The translations under genes were made by a program, and so were the position numbers. From contig JABDEY010000001.1 in the NCBI GenBank assembly GCA_013286805.1, positions 6,051 to 70,050 of the forward strand: 64,000 bases of DNA. The letters are read 5' to 3'. The stretch comes from Bacteroidota bacterium (lineage in GTDB: Bacteria; Bacteroidota; Bacteroidia; JABDFU01). Positions within the stretch are counted from its first letter, which is position 1. Each line of letters begins with the position of its first letter. Under the pieces are notes generated by a model. It had not been told where the DNA came from. It made no database searches and saw only the letters and a list, made by a program, of their open reading frames with translations. Shown here in pieces: positions 27,623 through 39,700 of this stretch.

Positions 27623-28840
27623 ATGATTACAGTAGAACAAGCCAAATCAATTCTCCTCCAAAATATCCCTGTTCTGACAGAAAAGGTAGAGGTAAAAATT
27701 GCAGAAGCACTTGGATACAGGCTGGCAGAAGATATTTATGCAACGCTCAATCTTCCTCCATTTGATCAGAGTAATGTAGATGGCTATGCTATAAGATTTG
27801 CCTCGGGCCAGCAAATCCCAGCAAGCAAGCAGCAATTTCTTGCCTACAAAGTCATTGCTGAAATAAAAGCCGGTGATTCAACAAACCTGAAACTCGAAGC
27901 AGGAGAAGCGGCAAGAATATTCACAGGAGCAATGGTCCCGGAAGCCAGTGATGCCATCATTATGCAAGAACATATCACCCGCAACGGAAACCTAATCACC
28001 AGTAACGAACTTCTTCCCAAAGCAGGGGAACAAATACGTAAGGAAGGAGCTCAAATCAAAGAGGGAGAACTGGCTCTTGACAAAGGCACTTTACTCAATC
28101 CATCCGTTATTGGCTTTTTAGCAGCACTGAGCTTACAAAAAGTTACTGTTTTCAAAAAACCATCCGTTTCTCTTATTATTACTGGAAACGAGTTTCAGGA
28201 GAGCAACACAACCAATTTAGCACCTGGTAAAATCTACGAATCCAATTCTGCCACACTTCATTCCGCGCTAATCTCAATGGGCCTAACCCTAAACAGCATC
28301 CATTTTGTAAAAGACGACAAAAAAGCACTGGAGCAAACTATCAATGATGCCTTACCCGGCGCCGACCTGCTTCTTATATCCGGAGGAATCTCTGTAGGCG
28401 AATATGATTTTGTAAAAGAAGCATTAATGGATAATGGCATAACCACCCTGTTTCATAAAATCGCTCAAAAACCTGGCAAACCCCTGTACTTTGGAAAAAA
28501 TAAAACCACATTCGTTTTTGGCTTACCAGGCAACCCGGCATCCGCACTTACTTGTTTTTACCAATATGTTTACCCTGCATTAAGGAAAATGCAAGGCCAT
28601 TCAACCCTGTTTTTGAAAACCCTGCAACTTCAAGCTCTAAAAGATATTTCAAAAAAAACAGGTCTGGCCCACTTCTTAAAAGCACAAATAAAAACAGATG
28701 GCGTGCTTCCCTTGCAAGGGCAGGAATCATTTATCATGAAATCTTTTGCAGAAGCCGGAGCATTCCTATATTTACCAAAGGAAAAAGAAAGTGTTCATGC
28801 AGGCGAAATGGTAGAAGTGCATTTATTGCCGGAGAGTTGA
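27623..28840 (+). CDS. moeA: Molybdopterin molybdenumtransferase MoeA
   Basis: Track ORF 405 aa with the blocks PPFDQSNVDGYAI, FTGAMVPEASDAIIMQE, LLISGGISVGEYDFVKEAL, GLPGNPASAL. Confidence 0.92.
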   Translation: MITVEQAKSILLQNIPVLTEKVEVKIAEALGYRLAEDIYATLNLPPFDQSNVDGYAIRFASGQQIPASKQQFLAYKVIAEIKAGDSTNLKLEAGEAARIFTGAMVPEASDAIIMQEHITRNGNLITSNELLPKAGEQIRKEGAQIKEGELALDKGTLLNPSVIGFLAALSLQKVTVFKKPSVSLIITGNEFQESNTTNLAPGKIYESNSATLHSALISMGLTLNSIHFVKDDKKALEQTINDALPGADLLLISGGISVGEYDFVKEALMDNGITTLFHKIAQKPGKPLYFGKNKTTFVFGLPGNPASALTCFYQYVYPALRKMQGHSTLFLKTLQLQALKDISKKTGLAHFLKAQIKTDGVLPLQGQESFIMKSFAEAGAFLYLPKEKESVHAGEMVEVHLLPES

Positions 28841-28900
28841 CGAAAAGGATAATATTAGAAGGCGTTATTTATACCAAGCGATGTTAGAGTTAAAAATTAA

Positions 28901-29155
28901 ATGATCGAACTAACAGTTTTGTTTTTCGGAGAACTTGCTGAATTAGCAGCAACGAAAGAAACTACCCTTTCGAATATAAAAGACACAAGCGCATTAAACG
29001 ATACAAGCACATTAGTCGATTACATACATGAAAATTACCCTCGCTTAAGAAACAAAACATTCAACCTGGCCTTGAACCGGGAAATAATCACAGAAAAACG
29101 ATTGGTTAAAAACGGAGACGAAATAGCCTTACTCCCCCCCTACGCAGGAGGATAA
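28901..29155 (+). CDS. moaD: Molybdopterin synthase sulfur-carrier subunit MoaD
   Basis: Track ORF 84 aa. Ubiquitin-like MoaD/ThiS pattern (LFFGELAE...GDEIALLPPYAGG) ending in Gly-Gly. Confidence 0.88.
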   Translation: MIELTVLFFGELAELAATKETTLSNIKDTSALNDTSTLVDYIHENYPRLRNKTFNLALNREIITEKRLVKNGDEIALLPPYAGG

Positions 29156-29172
29156 AGCTTAAATTAGTTTAT

Positions 29173-29658
29173 ATGGAAAACGATCAGCTTAAAACCCAAC
29201 ATTTAAAACCCAACAAGGTTTTAAAAAAATTCCTCCAACATGGTCCAATCTCCCCTCAATTCATAGCCGACTCCATTTCCAAACACAGCAGCAAAACAAA
29301 CATTGGTGCGCATACAATTTTTCTTGGGCAAGTCCGGAAAGATAAAATAGAAACCAACGAAGTCCAGGCTATAGAATATTCCGCCTACGAAGAAATGGCA
29401 GAACAGGAAATCCACAAGCTCCGGGAAGAAGCCATCAGCAAATACCAGCTTAGTTGCCTCCATATCCATCACAGCCTCGGCAACGTGAATGCAGGAGAAA
29501 TATCCCTTTTCGTATTTGTCTCAGCTCCACACCGTACAAACGTATTCACAGCTTGTTCTGACGTAGTGGAACAAATCAAAAATAAAGTCCCCATCTGGGG
29601 CAAAGAAATTCTTGCCAACGGGACCCATATCTGGAAAACAAATAAAACAAATGGTTGA
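29173..29658 (+). CDS. moaE: Molybdopterin synthase catalytic subunit MoaE
   Basis: Track ORF 161 aa with the blocks [55 protein letters not shown]. Confidence 0.9.
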   Translation: MENDQLKTQHLKPNKVLKKFLQHGPISPQFIADSISKHSSKTNIGAHTIFLGQVRKDKIETNEVQAIEYSAYEEMAEQEIHKLREEAISKYQLSCLHIHHSLGNVNAGEISLFVFVSAPHRTNVFTACSDVVEQIKNKVPIWGKEILANGTHIWKTNKTNG

Positions 29659-30607
29659 CATTACTCACAAATCCAGCACATTACGTCAGGCCATCGCTCA
29701 GGCCATTGTAAAAGTCAGTCAGCAAAAAACCATTGATGCTGTCCTCAGCAAAACCGTACCCAAAGGCGATGTCTTTGAAATGGCCAAAACTGCGGGTCTT
29801 TTCGCAGTAAAAAAAACCCCAGAACTCATTCCCGATTGTCATCCATTGCCCATAGAATTCACCGCAGTTCGGTTCCGGGTAAAAGACCTTGAAATACACA
29901 TTGAACTTGAAGTAAAAACCATCTACAAAACAGGAGTCGAAGTAGAAGCCATGCATGGTGTATCTATAGTCGCGCTAACTATATACGACATGCTCAAGCC
30001 CATAGATAAAGGGATAGAAATAACCAACATAAAACTTCTGGAGAAAAAAGGAGGCAAATCAGATTTTATTTCAGATAACAAAAAAGCTAGTCCGGAAATC
30101 AATCACAAATACGATTCAAACAACACAAATTTAAAATCCGCAGTAGTTGTAATCTCTGACTCCGTCTCAGCAGAAAAAACGGAAGACCTAAGCGGCAAAC
30201 TCATAATCGAACAGCTTAAAAAGTATCACTTCAACAATACCGCTTACCACATTGTCCCCGATGAAATCACAGCAATACAAACTAAAATCAAACAACTCTG
30301 CCTGGAAAAAGCTAACCTGATCATTACCACAGGAGGCACCGGCCTTTCGCTCCGCGACATAACACCTGAAGCCATACGCCCATTACTCGATCAGGAAATT
30401 CCAGGAATAATGGAAGCTTCAAGAGTATACGGACAGAGCAGAACACCTTACGCAATGCTTTCCAGAGGAATAGCAGGGTTTGCCGGCAACACCTTAATCC
30501 TTACGCTACCTGGCTCAGTCAGAGCAGTCGGAGAATCAATGAATTCCTTATTCCCTCAAATTCTACATATATTTAAAGTAAGAGAAGGCCACAGGCATCA
30601 GGATTAG
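29651..30607 (+). CDS. moaCB: Bifunctional cyclic pyranopterin monophosphate synthase MoaC / MoaB(MogA-like) fusion
   Basis: Track ORF 29612..30607. The likely start is the ATG at 29651 ([14 protein letters not shown]), inside ATGGTTGA, which overlaps the moaE stop. The N-terminal half has MoaC blocks ([49 protein letters not shown]). The C-terminal half has the MoaB/MogA fold ([10 protein letters not shown]...[18 protein letters not shown]). Confidence 0.88.
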   Translation: MVDITHKSSTLRQAIAQAIVKVSQQKTIDAVLSKTVPKGDVFEMAKTAGLFAVKKTPELIPDCHPLPIEFTAVRFRVKDLEIHIELEVKTIYKTGVEVEAMHGVSIVALTIYDMLKPIDKGIEITNIKLLEKKGGKSDFISDNKKASPEINHKYDSNNTNLKSAVVVISDSVSAEKTEDLSGKLIIEQLKKYHFNNTAYHIVPDEITAIQTKIKQLCLEKANLIITTGGTGLSLRDITPEAIRPLLDQEIPGIMEASRVYGQSRTPYAMLSRGIAGFAGNTLILTLPGSVRAVGESMNSLFPQILHIFKVREGHRHQD

Positions 30608-30668
30608 CTTTAAAATCACAAAAAAATCCGTATCATTAAGAACTAAAGATTATAAAAAAATTATCCCA

Positions 30669-32072
30669 ATGAAAAAACTTCTATTCCTCGCACTTCTCCT
30701 GCCTGCAATAACCTTTAGCCAGCTCACCATCAACATTACCTACGCCTATAACCTGACACCCCTGACAGACACTCTCTTCCTCGCCGGAACTTTTAATGCA
30801 TGGCTGCAAAACAGCCCTGCCTACGAATTCAAGCGCACAGGTTTCAATGTTTTCTCAATTACTTTCAGTCCTCCTGCGGGAGCCATACAATACAAAGTAA
30901 CAAGAGGAACCTGGGCAACAGTCGAATCCGATTCTTTAGGCGGCACGATTTCCAACAGAACCTATACCTATTCAGGAAGCCCTTCGACTGTAAACATTAA
31001 AATCCCCGGCTGGACAGACATAGGAGGAAAAGGGCAAACCACAGCCGCTGCCAATGTTCACCTGCTCACCATGCATTTTCCCATGCCCCAACTCAGCAGT
31101 ACCCGAAGAATCTGGGTTTACCTTCCGCCAGACTATCTTACTTCTTCCAAAAAATACCCGGTGCTCTATATGCACGATGGCCAAAATCTATTTGACACCT
31201 ATACTTCTTTTAGCGGAGAATGGCAGGTAGACGAATCTCTGAATACCCTGTTCACACAAGGAGATTATGGGATAATCGTAGTAGGAATAGACAATGGACC
31301 AAACCGGATAGGTGAATATTCCCCCTGGATAAACAGTGCTTATGGAGGCGGACAGGGTGCTCAGTACGTTAGCTGGATGGTCAGCAACCTCAAGCCTTAT
31401 ATTGACAGTGTATTCCGAACCAACTCTACACCTAAATACACCGGAATAATGGGGAGTTCCATGGGCGGGTTAATTTCACAATACGGAGGAATACAATTTC
31501 AAAATACCTGGAAAAAAGTCGGGCTTTTATCGCCCTCCTTCTGGTTTGCCGACTCCATATTTGTACAGGAACACAACATAGGAGTTCAAAAAGACATGAA
31601 ATTTTACTTCGAATCGGGCAGCAACGAAGACTCTACAATGGTACCGCTAATGGTCGCAATGAAAGACAGCCTGCTCAAAGGTGGATTAGACACCTCCAGA
31701 GTCCGTCTGCGCACTTATCTCAATGGACAGCACGCCGAAGCCTATTGGGCGCTCTACTTTCCCATTGCTTATCAATACCTGTTTGCTAATCTCAATATTG
31801 GCACTGGCATGGACGAGGAGGCGACCACAACAAATACCACATTTGATCTTTTCCCAAACCCCACAAACGATCAACTATTTTTTCAGATTGGATCCGGCGA
31901 AAGCCTCTGGAATATACAATTACTGAATAGTAACGGAGACATTTTGCATCAGCAAAAAATAAAAGACAAAGGATTTTTAAATACGGGTCATCTCCCTGCA
32001 GGGATCTATTTCCTGAAAGGACAAGACACAAAAGGAAATTTTGCAAACAAGAAGTTCATCATAGAACATTAA
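30669..32072 (+). CDS. Secreted esterase (esterase-D/'putative esterase' fold) with N-terminal CBM20/48-like beta-sandwich and T9SS type-A CTD
   Basis: Track ORF 467 aa. Signal peptide; FLAGTFNAWL...QYKVTRGTWATVE (carbohydrate-binding-like); YPVLYMHDGQNLFD and the GSSMGG nucleophile elbow; terminal FDLFPNPTNDQLFF...GIYFLKG...KFIIEH CTD. Confidence 0.75.
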   Translation: MKKLLFLALLLPAITFSQLTINITYAYNLTPLTDTLFLAGTFNAWLQNSPAYEFKRTGFNVFSITFSPPAGAIQYKVTRGTWATVESDSLGGTISNRTYTYSGSPSTVNIKIPGWTDIGGKGQTTAAANVHLLTMHFPMPQLSSTRRIWVYLPPDYLTSSKKYPVLYMHDGQNLFDTYTSFSGEWQVDESLNTLFTQGDYGIIVVGIDNGPNRIGEYSPWINSAYGGGQGAQYVSWMVSNLKPYIDSVFRTNSTPKYTGIMGSSMGGLISQYGGIQFQNTWKKVGLLSPSFWFADSIFVQEHNIGVQKDMKFYFESGSNEDSTMVPLMVAMKDSLLKGGLDTSRVRLRTYLNGQHAEAYWALYFPIAYQYLFANLNIGTGMDEEATTTNTTFDLFPNPTNDQLFFQIGSGESLWNIQLLNSNGDILHQQKIKDKGFLNTGHLPAGIYFLKGQDTKGNFANKKFIIEH

Positions 32073-32074
32073 GT

Positions 32075-33742
32075 ATGTGTGGAATAATAGCCGTATTCAC
32101 CTCAAAAGGCAGCTCCAAAGAATTTAGGGCCGGCGTACTTGAAATGTCAAAAAAAATCCGGCACCGGGGTCCGGACTGGTCAGGCATATACAGTGACGAC
32201 AAAGTCATTCTTACCCACGAACGGCTCGCCATCGTTGACCCGGAATCAGGGCAGCAACCTTTATTCAGCGAAGACAAACAACTCATACTTGCAGTAAATG
32301 GTGAAATTTATAATCACAAAGAATTAAGAAAAGATTTAATTGATTATCCTTTCCAGACACATTCCGATTGCGAAGTAATCTTAGCTCTTTACCGAAAAAA
32401 AGGAATTCATTTTATAGAAGACCTCAATGGGATCTTCGCTTTTGCATTATACGACAAGGAAAAAAATACCTATCTGATCGCCCGGGACCACATGGGTATC
32501 ATCCCCTTATACATGGGATGGGACAAGGCAGATAATTTTTATGTTGCTTCCGAACTAAAAGCCCTCGAAGGGCATTGTACAAAAATAAAAGAATTCCCCC
32601 CAGGGCATTACCTTCACAGCACAGAAGGACAGGAAGCAAAACTCTGGTACAGGCGCGATTGGATGAATTATGAAAATGTAAAAGACAATATCTCCGATAC
32701 TTCCCAATTAAAAAAAGCCCTCGAAGATGCTGTACACAGGCAGTTAATGTCCGACGTACCCTATGGAGTATTGCTCTCAGGAGGCCTGGACTCTTCCATC
32801 ATAGCTGCCATCACAAAAAAATTCGCACCTAACCGCATTGAATCGGGTGACCAGCAGCAGGCATGGTATCCGCGCTTACATTCTTTTGCAATAGGGTTAA
32901 CCGGATCACCCGACCTGGAAGCCGCACGCAAAGCGGCTGCCCACATAGGCTCCGTCCATCATGAAATCCACTTCACAATTCAGGAAGGCCTCGATGCCAT
33001 ACGCGACGTCATCTATCACCTCGAAACCTATGACGTAACAACCATCCGGGCCTCCACGCCCATGTATCTGCTGGCAAGAGTCATCAAATCAATGGGAATA
33101 AAAATGGTCTTATCCGGAGAAGGCGCAGATGAAATCTTTGGAGGCTACCTCTATTTTCACAAAGCACCAACGCCTCAGGCATTTCACGAAGAAACCCTTC
33201 GCAAGCTAAGCAAACTACATTTATACGACTGCCTGCGTGCCAACAAATCCCTTGCCGCCTGGGGCATTGAAGGACGCGTTCCCTTCCTCGACAAAGAATT
33301 CATGGACACAGCCATGCGTTTGAATCCAAAGGACAAAATGGCCGGCAACGGAAAAATTGAAAAATGGATACTGCGGAAAACCTTCGAAGACTATTTACCG
33401 GAAAGCATTGCCTGGAGACAAAAAGAACAATTCTCCGATGGAGTTGGTTACAGCTGGATAGACACACTAAAGGCCGTTGCCACGGAAGAAATTAGCGACG
33501 ATCAATTAAAAAACGCAGCATCCCGCTTTCCCATACATCCTCCCATGTCCAAAGAAGAATACCGGTACCGCAGCATTTTTAGCGAACTATTCCCCTCTGA
33601 CTCAGCAGCCCTCTGTGTACCCTCTGTAAAATCAGTTGCCTGCAGCACACCCGAAGCACTGGCCTGGGATGCATCCTTTCAAAATGCAAATGACCCCTCA
33701 GGAAGAGCAGTTAAAACAGTACACAACGACAGCTACAAATAA
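32075..33742 (+). CDS. asnB: Asparagine synthase B (glutamine-hydrolysing)
   Basis: Track ORF 555 aa. N-terminal nucleophile MCGI, the GAT-II blocks, and SGGLDSS PP-loop. Starts 2 nt after the esterase stop. Confidence 0.93.
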   Translation: MCGIIAVFTSKGSSKEFRAGVLEMSKKIRHRGPDWSGIYSDDKVILTHERLAIVDPESGQQPLFSEDKQLILAVNGEIYNHKELRKDLIDYPFQTHSDCEVILALYRKKGIHFIEDLNGIFAFALYDKEKNTYLIARDHMGIIPLYMGWDKADNFYVASELKALEGHCTKIKEFPPGHYLHSTEGQEAKLWYRRDWMNYENVKDNISDTSQLKKALEDAVHRQLMSDVPYGVLLSGGLDSSIIAAITKKFAPNRIESGDQQQAWYPRLHSFAIGLTGSPDLEAARKAAAHIGSVHHEIHFTIQEGLDAIRDVIYHLETYDVTTIRASTPMYLLARVIKSMGIKMVLSGEGADEIFGGYLYFHKAPTPQAFHEETLRKLSKLHLYDCLRANKSLAAWGIEGRVPFLDKEFMDTAMRLNPKDKMAGNGKIEKWILRKTFEDYLPESIAWRQKEQFSDGVGYSWIDTLKAVATEEISDDQLKNAASRFPIHPPMSKEEYRYRSIFSELFPSDSAALCVPSVKSVACSTPEALAWDASFQNANDPSGRAVKTVHNDSYK

Positions 33743-33745
33743 AAC

Positions 33746-36700
33746 TTATCTCGCTATCACCAGACGCATATTCGTTCTTCCTCCACTGCCACTGATACAT
33801 ACATCATACATACCATCCGCAACAACTCCTGCATCTATCACTGACCTGCCCGGCACAATATACTGACTAAGCACCAATTTTCCGGTTACATCAAACAACT
33901 GAAGCAATTGTTTCTCAGCAGCGGAAGACTCAACGACAAACATTCCTCCGTTTGGATTCGGGTAAACTACCACCTTGTAATTGCTTCCCACAGGATTAAT
34001 ACCTGTACAGATATTTACGACTACAACAGCTGCAACGGAGCTTGCGGAAGTACAGCCATTTCCATCCGTAACTTCAACCGAATCCCGCCCGGAAACAGAA
34101 ACCGTAATAGCCTGTGTTACATCTCCCGTACTCCACAAATAAGAAGAACCGGAGCTGGAAGTCAATAGTACATCTCCACCCTGACAGAAAGTAGTCGGGC
34201 CACCGGGGGTAATCGTAGCAGTCGGCAAAGCGTTGACGGTTACCTGTTGCGTAGCAGTTGCTGTATTGCCACTCCCATCCGTCACAGTCCAGATTACAGG
34301 AGTCGCACCAACAGGATAAGTGCCGGACAAATGGTTATTCGTAACGGAAGCAACCGAACAATTATCTGAGGTTACCGGAGTACCCAAGCTAATAGATGTA
34401 CCTGAACAAACCACCACATCAGCTGGCGCAGTAATACTTGGATTAATATTATCCGAAACTGTCACAGTAAATGAACAATTAACTGCTCCACAGGAATTGC
34501 TTGCCGAAAGCGTTACAGTAGTAACTCCTAAATTAAAAATTGAACCGCTCCCATCTCCGCCTCCCGCTCCGGTAGTTACACCGCTGAAAATATAGCTCAA
34601 AGTTGGGACCGGCGCCCCGCCAAAAGCAGATGCACCATAGGTAACAACAGCAGAACACAATCCAGCAGACGTATTACCGGTCTGATTCCCAATACAGGCA
34701 ATGGTCGGGGCATTTACTGTTATAGTCCCGGAAGCGCTGACCTGAGGGCTACAAGACCCTCCTTTAGATGTAACCGTATACGTATATATTCCCCCAACTG
34801 TCGGAGTACCGCTGATCGTAAATGTCCCGGAGTTATATACACCGATTACCCCTGGAGGTAAACCAGTAACACCTGCACCGGTGGCAGTTCCGCCAACAGA
34901 ATAAATAACCGGATCAATTGCGCTGTTAAAGCAAACGGTCTGACCTGTTGTTCCAGGGTCAGATGACAAACTGAGTACATTAAAAAAGTTGCCATTGGTC
35001 TTATAAATACTCGCCTGTTGCGTAAAGGGATAAGCCCCCGTCCACCCGGTACCTGCATCATAAAATGCAAAACAATAATGACTCAGTGTATCCAATTGAG
35101 CCCAGGTAGCACCATCATCCGAACTATAGGAAGAAATTTTACCTGTTCCGGAAGTGCTCCCAGTTAAATAAAATCCGGGTCTGGAAGCAGATTTCTTTAC
35201 ATAAATAAAACTTTCACCATCAGAAGTAGCGGCCCAGGATCCGGCCGACGTAAACGTATTCCAGGTCAAACCGCCATCCGTAGTTCTCATAATGTTACCC
35301 GATCCTGCCCCAACTACAATACCATTTAAGGAATCCCTGAAGGCGATTGTAATAACATCAACAGAAGAGGCGAAAGGTGCAGAAACAGTCCAGGTCAATC
35401 CCTTATCAGCAGTTTTCAATACCCTGCCCTCCGTAGTACCGCACCAGACAGTATTGTTAAAAACACAATCAACACCTGTTAAACCCGTTTCCCCCCCAAG
35501 CGGAGCAGGAATATTTGCAGTAGGTACTACAGTCCAGCTATTTCCCGAATTTGTACTGGTATATATTTCAAAACTCCCGCTAACCGGATCACCCAGGCAA
35601 AAACCGGTTTTCCCATCATAGAAATGTACAACATCCGGAAAAGAAGTCGAAGACTTATAAATGGTATTATCCGGAACAGACCAGGTTAATCCTCCGTCAA
35701 ACGTCCTGAAAATATCCCCTCCGGCTGCACTCGTTAAAAACATACAAGCCCAGGCCGTGTCCTTATTAACAGCAGACAAATTCGAATAATTATACCCGGA
35801 AGAACCCGTAACAGTACCATTGGTCCAGGTCGTCCCGCCATTCGTTGTATTCGTAAATTCATTAATATTTGTAGTGGCCCATACAACAGTCGGACTGATC
35901 ACCAATAGCTGATAAATATATTTGTCTATTCCTGTGATATTGGAATTCTGTAAAATCCAGGGCGCCGGAAGCTGAACATAAGGCAATGTATCAACAGTCA
36001 GAATACCGTTAATGGTTCCCTGAGAAGCACATCCTCCACCGGTAGAAGTGACCGTATAATTAAATACACCGCTCACCGAAGGCGTTCCGCTGATGGTAAA
36101 GACACCGGCATTATACACACCGCTAACACCCAAAGGCAACCCTGTTACAGTCGCTCCGCTGGCAGGAACTCCGATTGAATAGGCAATACCCGAAATAGCA
36201 GTATGGGTACATACATTTTGATTGTCCGTTCCGGTTGCAGAGGAAAGACTGACAGAGGGCACCGCATTTACAGTAATGGTAATACTTGCGCAAACACCAG
36301 GCGTTACGCAGCCTCCTTCTCCTCTGGCATAGTAAGTAGTAGTCACCGCAGGAGAAACACTAATTGAAGTTCCGCTCCCAACACTCGTTCCACCGCAACT
36401 ACCGCTATACCATTGCCAGTTGGTAGCGCTGTTCAGTATTCCCGAGACAACATTAAGCGTAGTGCTTTGCGCTCCGCAATTGACCGAGGAAGAAGTGCTC
36501 AGAACAGGAGTAGTGGGAACTGTACAGGCAATGAATACCCACGCAGCACCGGCATTCGTATTATCAATATCTCCGCCCAAGATGGCATTGTTTCCATCCG
36601 TTGAAAGAGAAACAGACCAGCCCTGTCTTGCAGAACCTACAGCCCCTGTACCAACGAGATTTGTCCCCTCCTGGTTCCAGACACCGGCTGAAAAATTATA

Positions 36701-39700
36701 AACCCAGGTAGCACCCTGAAGACCATTGTTCACGTACCCCCCCACTATAGCAGTAGTTCCATCAGCTGAAATGGATACAGCAGATCCCTGAAAAGCAGCA
36801 GCTGTGCCACCGGTACCTGTCAATTTAGTTCCTACCTGAGCCCATGCACCGGCAGATCGGCTGTAAATCCATGCGGCCCCCGCGTCGCTGTTATCTTCAT
36901 CCCCTCCAACAATCGCAAAATTCCCATCCGCTGAAAGAGCGACCGAATATCCTTGTAAGGCAGCACCCGTAGCACCTGTACCAACCAATTTACTTCCTTG
37001 CTGTGACCACACTCCGGCTGTAACCGTGTAAATCCACACTGCACCGGCACTGCTGTTATCCGTAGTTCCACCGCCTATCACCGTTTTCCCATCAGCGGAA
37101 ACAGAAACAGAATAACCCAGACCGGCATTACCAGTTGCTCCTGTACCCACCAGTTTACTTCCTTGTTGCGCCCATGCTCCGGCGGATCGGGTAAAAATCC
37201 AGATAGCCCCACTACCACTGTTATCAGAATAGCCTCCAACAACTGCCGTATTTCCATCCGCTGAAATCGAAACAGAAGCACCCTGAGTCGCATTACCTGT
37301 AGCTCCCGAACCCACCAGTTTAGCACCCTGTTGGGCCCATACTCCTGCAGAGCGGGTATAAACCCATGCGGCTCCGGCACCGCTGTTATCATCATATCCA
37401 CCCACAATAGCCGTATTCCCATCTGCAGAAATGGAAACAGAAGCACCTTGGAATGCAGCACCTATTGCTCCTGAACCTACCAATTTGCTACCCTGCTGAG
37501 CCCAGGCTCCGGCAGAACGCACATAAATCCAGGCAGCTCCTGTACCACTTGCATCTTCATATCCACCCACAATAGCGGTATTCCCATCAGCTGAAATGGA
37601 AACACTCTGACCCTGATAGGCTCCTCCGGAAGCCCCGGAACCCACCAGTTTGCTTCCCTGTTGCAAACCCGGAAATGGCGTAGGGACAACAATAAAATCA
37701 CCACCGGTTGTAGCAACACCACCGGCAGTAGTAAGCGACACAGTACCTGTTACAGCACCCGGCATCACCAGCCCGACCAATTGAGTTCCCGTATTTGAAA
37801 TTACAATAGCAGCAGCGCCCCCGACAGAAAAAGCAGTAAGGCCTCCCATATTTGTTCCGTTCACAGTAATCAAAGTGCCCGGAGGCCCGTCAGCCGGACT
37901 AAATGAAGTAATGGTCGGGGATATTCCACCAAACACACTCGTTGAAAACAAACCACGGCCGTGAGTAGCAGCAATAACTTCATTATCCGCAGCCCTCCGC
38001 TTAAGCATATACACCCTCACATTTGCCAACCCATTATCATTTGAAACCCACACAGGGGAAGCAACCGTCACATCCGACGTTGACCATATACCTACTTCAG
38101 TAGCAAGATACACTTCTGTAAAATTATTTGGATTATACATGGCCCAGCGCACAGGCATATCCGGAAGATTACCCTCTTCATTTGCCCAGGAAGTTCCGCC
38201 ATTGGTAGTTCTCCAGACAGACACAACACCAAAATTGGAAAACGTAACCAGTAAATCCTGTTCAGAAGCACCAAGCTCAACACAGGAAATACTTCCCGAA
38301 GGAAAGGAAGCCCCACCGATACTTGCCACGGAAGGAACAGCACCCGTCTGTGCATTACTCACTTTAAATAACACTCCATTGGTAGTACCCACAAATAAAG
38401 TCGTTGTTCCAGAAGGAGCATAAGGAGAAACCCGGATAACAGAAGCGGGTGAGGTCATGCCGGTAATCATGAATTTTTCAACAGGACCCGGAGTACTCGC
38501 CAGACCCGTAATTCGTTCCAGTGAATCAGTAGAGTAAGCAGAATAAAGGATATGGTTCGCATCATCATAATCAGCAGGATTAATAAAACTCCCGCTTTTC
38601 TGATCGTTATTAATCGTTGAAAAATTTGCTCCGCCGTCACTGGACCAGTAATAGGTATTATAAACGTAGGCACTCACCTGATAAGTTGGATTTGTCTGAT
38701 CAATAAAACAAAGTGCTCCATCCCCTCCTGTAGGCTCAGTAGTAGCATTCATGCCTGCTGAACTAAACTCCTGAGTACCATTATCCTGGGCCCCTGCCAG
38801 AAAATAATTTTGTCCCGAAGCCGGATGAATCGCGCAGGAATAAAACTGAGTTACATTATATCCCGAATTCGCATCATTGAACGCGGGAGTAGCAGTATTC
38901 ACATTAGAGGAATAATAAATACCCCCATCGTTTCCAAAAACAACATTGGAAGAAGATCCCGGTTGAAATTGCATAGCATGCTGATCCGCGTGCATTTCCG
39001 GATAACCGCAGCCACCCCACCAACTTGACAGCTGGGTCCAGGTAAGGCCTCCATCCGTACTCTTCATTACATCCACACCACCAATTAAAACATTGTTCTC
39101 ATTCGCAGGATCAATAGCAATAATCAGATCATACCATGCCTGAGTCCTTGTCATGTCAGTAGAAGGTGTACTGCAATCCTGATCAAACCAGCTGGGCAAT
39201 GTACAAACAGTCCAGTTGAGTCCCTTATTGACAGAAGTATATACATTCAGCAAGCTGTTATTGGAACTCTGAACCATGGCATACAACCTGTTCGCATCAG
39301 AAGGCGCCACCCCAAGTTCAACCCTGCTAAAACCAGCAGTAGGAAAACCATTGCTCCCTGTATTCAGTTTAGTCCAGGAAGTACCATTGGTTGAACTATA
39401 CACTCCGTCAGCAGTTCCTTCGCTAATTCCCATGGAAGCATAAATTGTTCCATCCACACCTATTTCAAGATCAGCCCCCCTGTTCGAAACCGACCCGAAT
39501 CCGGAGCCAAGAACCTGAGCCCAGGTAGATCCGCCGTCAACAGAACGTTGCACGCCCCCATTACGCGTAGCAGCAAACACATTCCCGCTCCCATCCACAA
39601 CAATTTTCTCAACAAAATAAAAAGTAGAATTATTCGTGCTGCCAAGCTGGCTCCAGGTAACACCACCGTCAGCCGTTTTCCAGATTCCATCACCTTGCAC

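Noticed and set aside
29612-29650. Upstream extension of the moaCB ORF ([13 protein letters not shown]) overlapping moaE by 47 nt
   Set aside because: The MoaC homology starts at [10 protein letters not shown]. The ATG at 29651 sits in an ATGGTTGA stop/start overlap typical of coupled operon genes.
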